From contig OY969699.1 in NCBI GenBank assembly GCA_963702025.1, forward strand, positions 736,001-800,000: DNA of 64,000 bases. The letters run 5' to 3'. Shown here piece by piece: positions 62,610 through 64,000 of this stretch. The notes beneath the pieces are model-generated. The model was not told the origin of the DNA, ran no database searches, and saw nothing but the letters and a program-made list of their open reading frames with translations. Every line of letters begins with the position of its first letter. The first letter of the stretch is position 1. The translations under genes and the position numbers were made by a program. Source of the DNA: an uncultured bacterium. GTDB lineage: Bacteria > Babelota > Babeliae > Babelales > Vermiphilaceae.

Positions 62610-64000
62610 TTATTCTCGTTTTTTCAACGTCGGAAATAGAATGACATCTTTAATCGAAGTAGTATTGGTCAACAGCATCGCAAGCCGATCAATACCAACC
62701 CCGACGCCCACCGTTGGCGGCAATCCATATTCAAGCGCATGAACATATTCAGCATCATAATGATGCGCTTCCGCATCACCGCCCGCCCGAGCATCAACTT
62801 GCTGCTTAAACCGTGAGGCTTGATCAAAGGGATCATTAAGCTCATTAAAGCCATTGGCAATTTCCATGCCTGCAATAAACATTTCAAACCGCGCGGCAAA
62901 ACGTGGATCTTTTGCATCCCGTTTTGCAAGTGGTGAAACTTCAATAGGAAATTCAGTAACAAATGTTGGTTGTATCAACCGATGCTCAACAATTTTTTCA
63001 AATAACGCATAGATTTTTTCACCCCATGAAGCATTTTTATTTGCCATGGTGATGTTATTTTCTTTTAAGCGTATATCAATAACTGCGGGTGCCACATCGG
63101 CATCAGCGTAATGGCCGTATTCCAATACCGCATCTTTGATAGTGGTACGTTTAAACGGTTTTTCAAAATCGATGGTAAAATCACCAAAGGGAACTTGTAA
63201 AGTGCCACATACTTTTGTGGCAACAGCGCGGAACATATCTTCCACAAATCCCATGATAAAGTGATATTCATGATATGCCATATACATTTCAAGCATAGTA
63301 AATTCTGGATTATGGCGCGTTGAAATTCCCTCATTTCTAAAATTACGGTTTATCTCATACACGCGCTCAAAGCCGCCCACAACCAATCGTTTTAAATAGA
63401 GTTCGGGTGCGATCCGCAAATAAAAATCACTACCCAAGGCATTATGGTGTGTTATAAATGGACGCGCCGCGGCACCACCGGGAATGGGATGCAGCATTGG
63501 CGTTTCCACTTCCATAAACTGATGGCCATCAAGATAACCTCGCACTAAACGAATCAGTTGCGAGCGCTTGATAAACCGTTGTCGACTTTGCGCATTCGTA
63601 ATCAAATCCAGATATCGCTGCCGATAAATAGTTTCTATATCCTGCAAACCATGAAATTTTTCAGGCAATGGGAAAAGACATTTGCTCAGTAATTGAAATT
63701 CAGTAACTTTAAGACTAATTTCACCGGTCTTTGTTTTGAATGAACTGCCTTTTGCCCAAACAATATCACCAACATCGATAAACTTTTTAAATTGTTCGTA
63801 TACAACGCCCAGCTCATCCTCTCTGAGATACAGTTGAAGTTGGCTTGTTGCATCTTGAATCACCACAAATGATGCTTTGCCAAAATGGCGAATCACCCGA
63901 ATGCGACCGGCAACCGTATATTCTTTTGACTGGGTATCCGAGAATTCAGCATGAACCTGTTGGGCGGTCCCATCCACCTCTTTTGTGGGTGGCCATGGGC
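62610..64000 (-). CDS. lysS: Lysine--tRNA ligase class II (5' end outside window)
   Basis: YRQRYLDL, GGAAARPF, LRIAPELYLK, FRNEG, YGLPPT, GIDRL. Confidence 0.98.
   Translation of the reverse strand, partial: PWPPTKEVDGTAQQVHAEFSDTQSKEYTVAGRIRVIRHFGKASFVVIQDATSQLQLYLREDELGVVYEQFKKFIDVGDIVWAKGSSFKTKTGEISLKVTEFQLLSKCLFPLPEKFHGLQDIETIYRQRYLDLITNAQSRQRFIKRSQLIRLVRGYLDGHQFMEVETPMLHPIPGGAAARPFITHHNALGSDFYLRIAPELYLKRLVVGGFERVYEINRNFRNEGISTRHNPEFTMLEMYMAYHEYHFIMGFVEDMFRAVATKVCGTLQVPFGDFTIDFEKPFKRTTIKDAVLEYGHYADADVAPAVIDIRLKENNITMANKNASWGEKIYALFEKIVEHRLIQPTFVTEFPIEVSPLAKRDAKDPRFAARFEMFIAGMEIANGFNELNDPFDQASRFKQQVDARAGGDAEAHHYDAEYVHALEYGLPPTVGVGVGIDRLAMLLTNTTSIKDVILFPTLKKRE

Noticed and set aside
1..64000. 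Alternative genetic code or stop-codon reassignment
   Set aside because: Conserved genes are full length under the standard bacterial code and end in TAA, TAG and TGA

Overview
AT-rich bacterial chromosomal window with no phage, integrase or CRISPR array. Gene content points to an obligate intracellular parasite of protists, most likely Candidatus Dependentiae/Babelota (TM6); this is inferred from two NTT nucleotide translocases, DUF2608 and many secreted ankyrin/LRR/WD40 proteins. Housekeeping backbone: bat operon, plsC, topA, rpsT, rpmB, ftsH, tolQRAB-like operon, cca, dsbD, hpf, der, dnaX, rpsB, lon, cmk, recJ, lysS, tRNA-Ala(GGC), tRNA-Ser(GGA) and SRP RNA. Clusters of secreted eukaryote-like proteins lie between them. 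Most notable observations: (1) three tandem, separately expressed Cys-rich secreted paralogs plus an OmcA-like lipoprotein, a candidate disulfide-crosslinked envelope system; (2) three stacked recJ 3' ends separating small gene cassettes; (3) about 14 secreted proteins whose predicted mature chain begins with Met; (4) CaaX-ended, Skp1/BTB-LRR and cPLA2-like effector candidates; (5) a palindromic repeat/MITE family with in-frame insertions in batC and cca; (6) A8 slippery sites in tolQ and dnaX. All family assignments are by motif recognition, not by database search.
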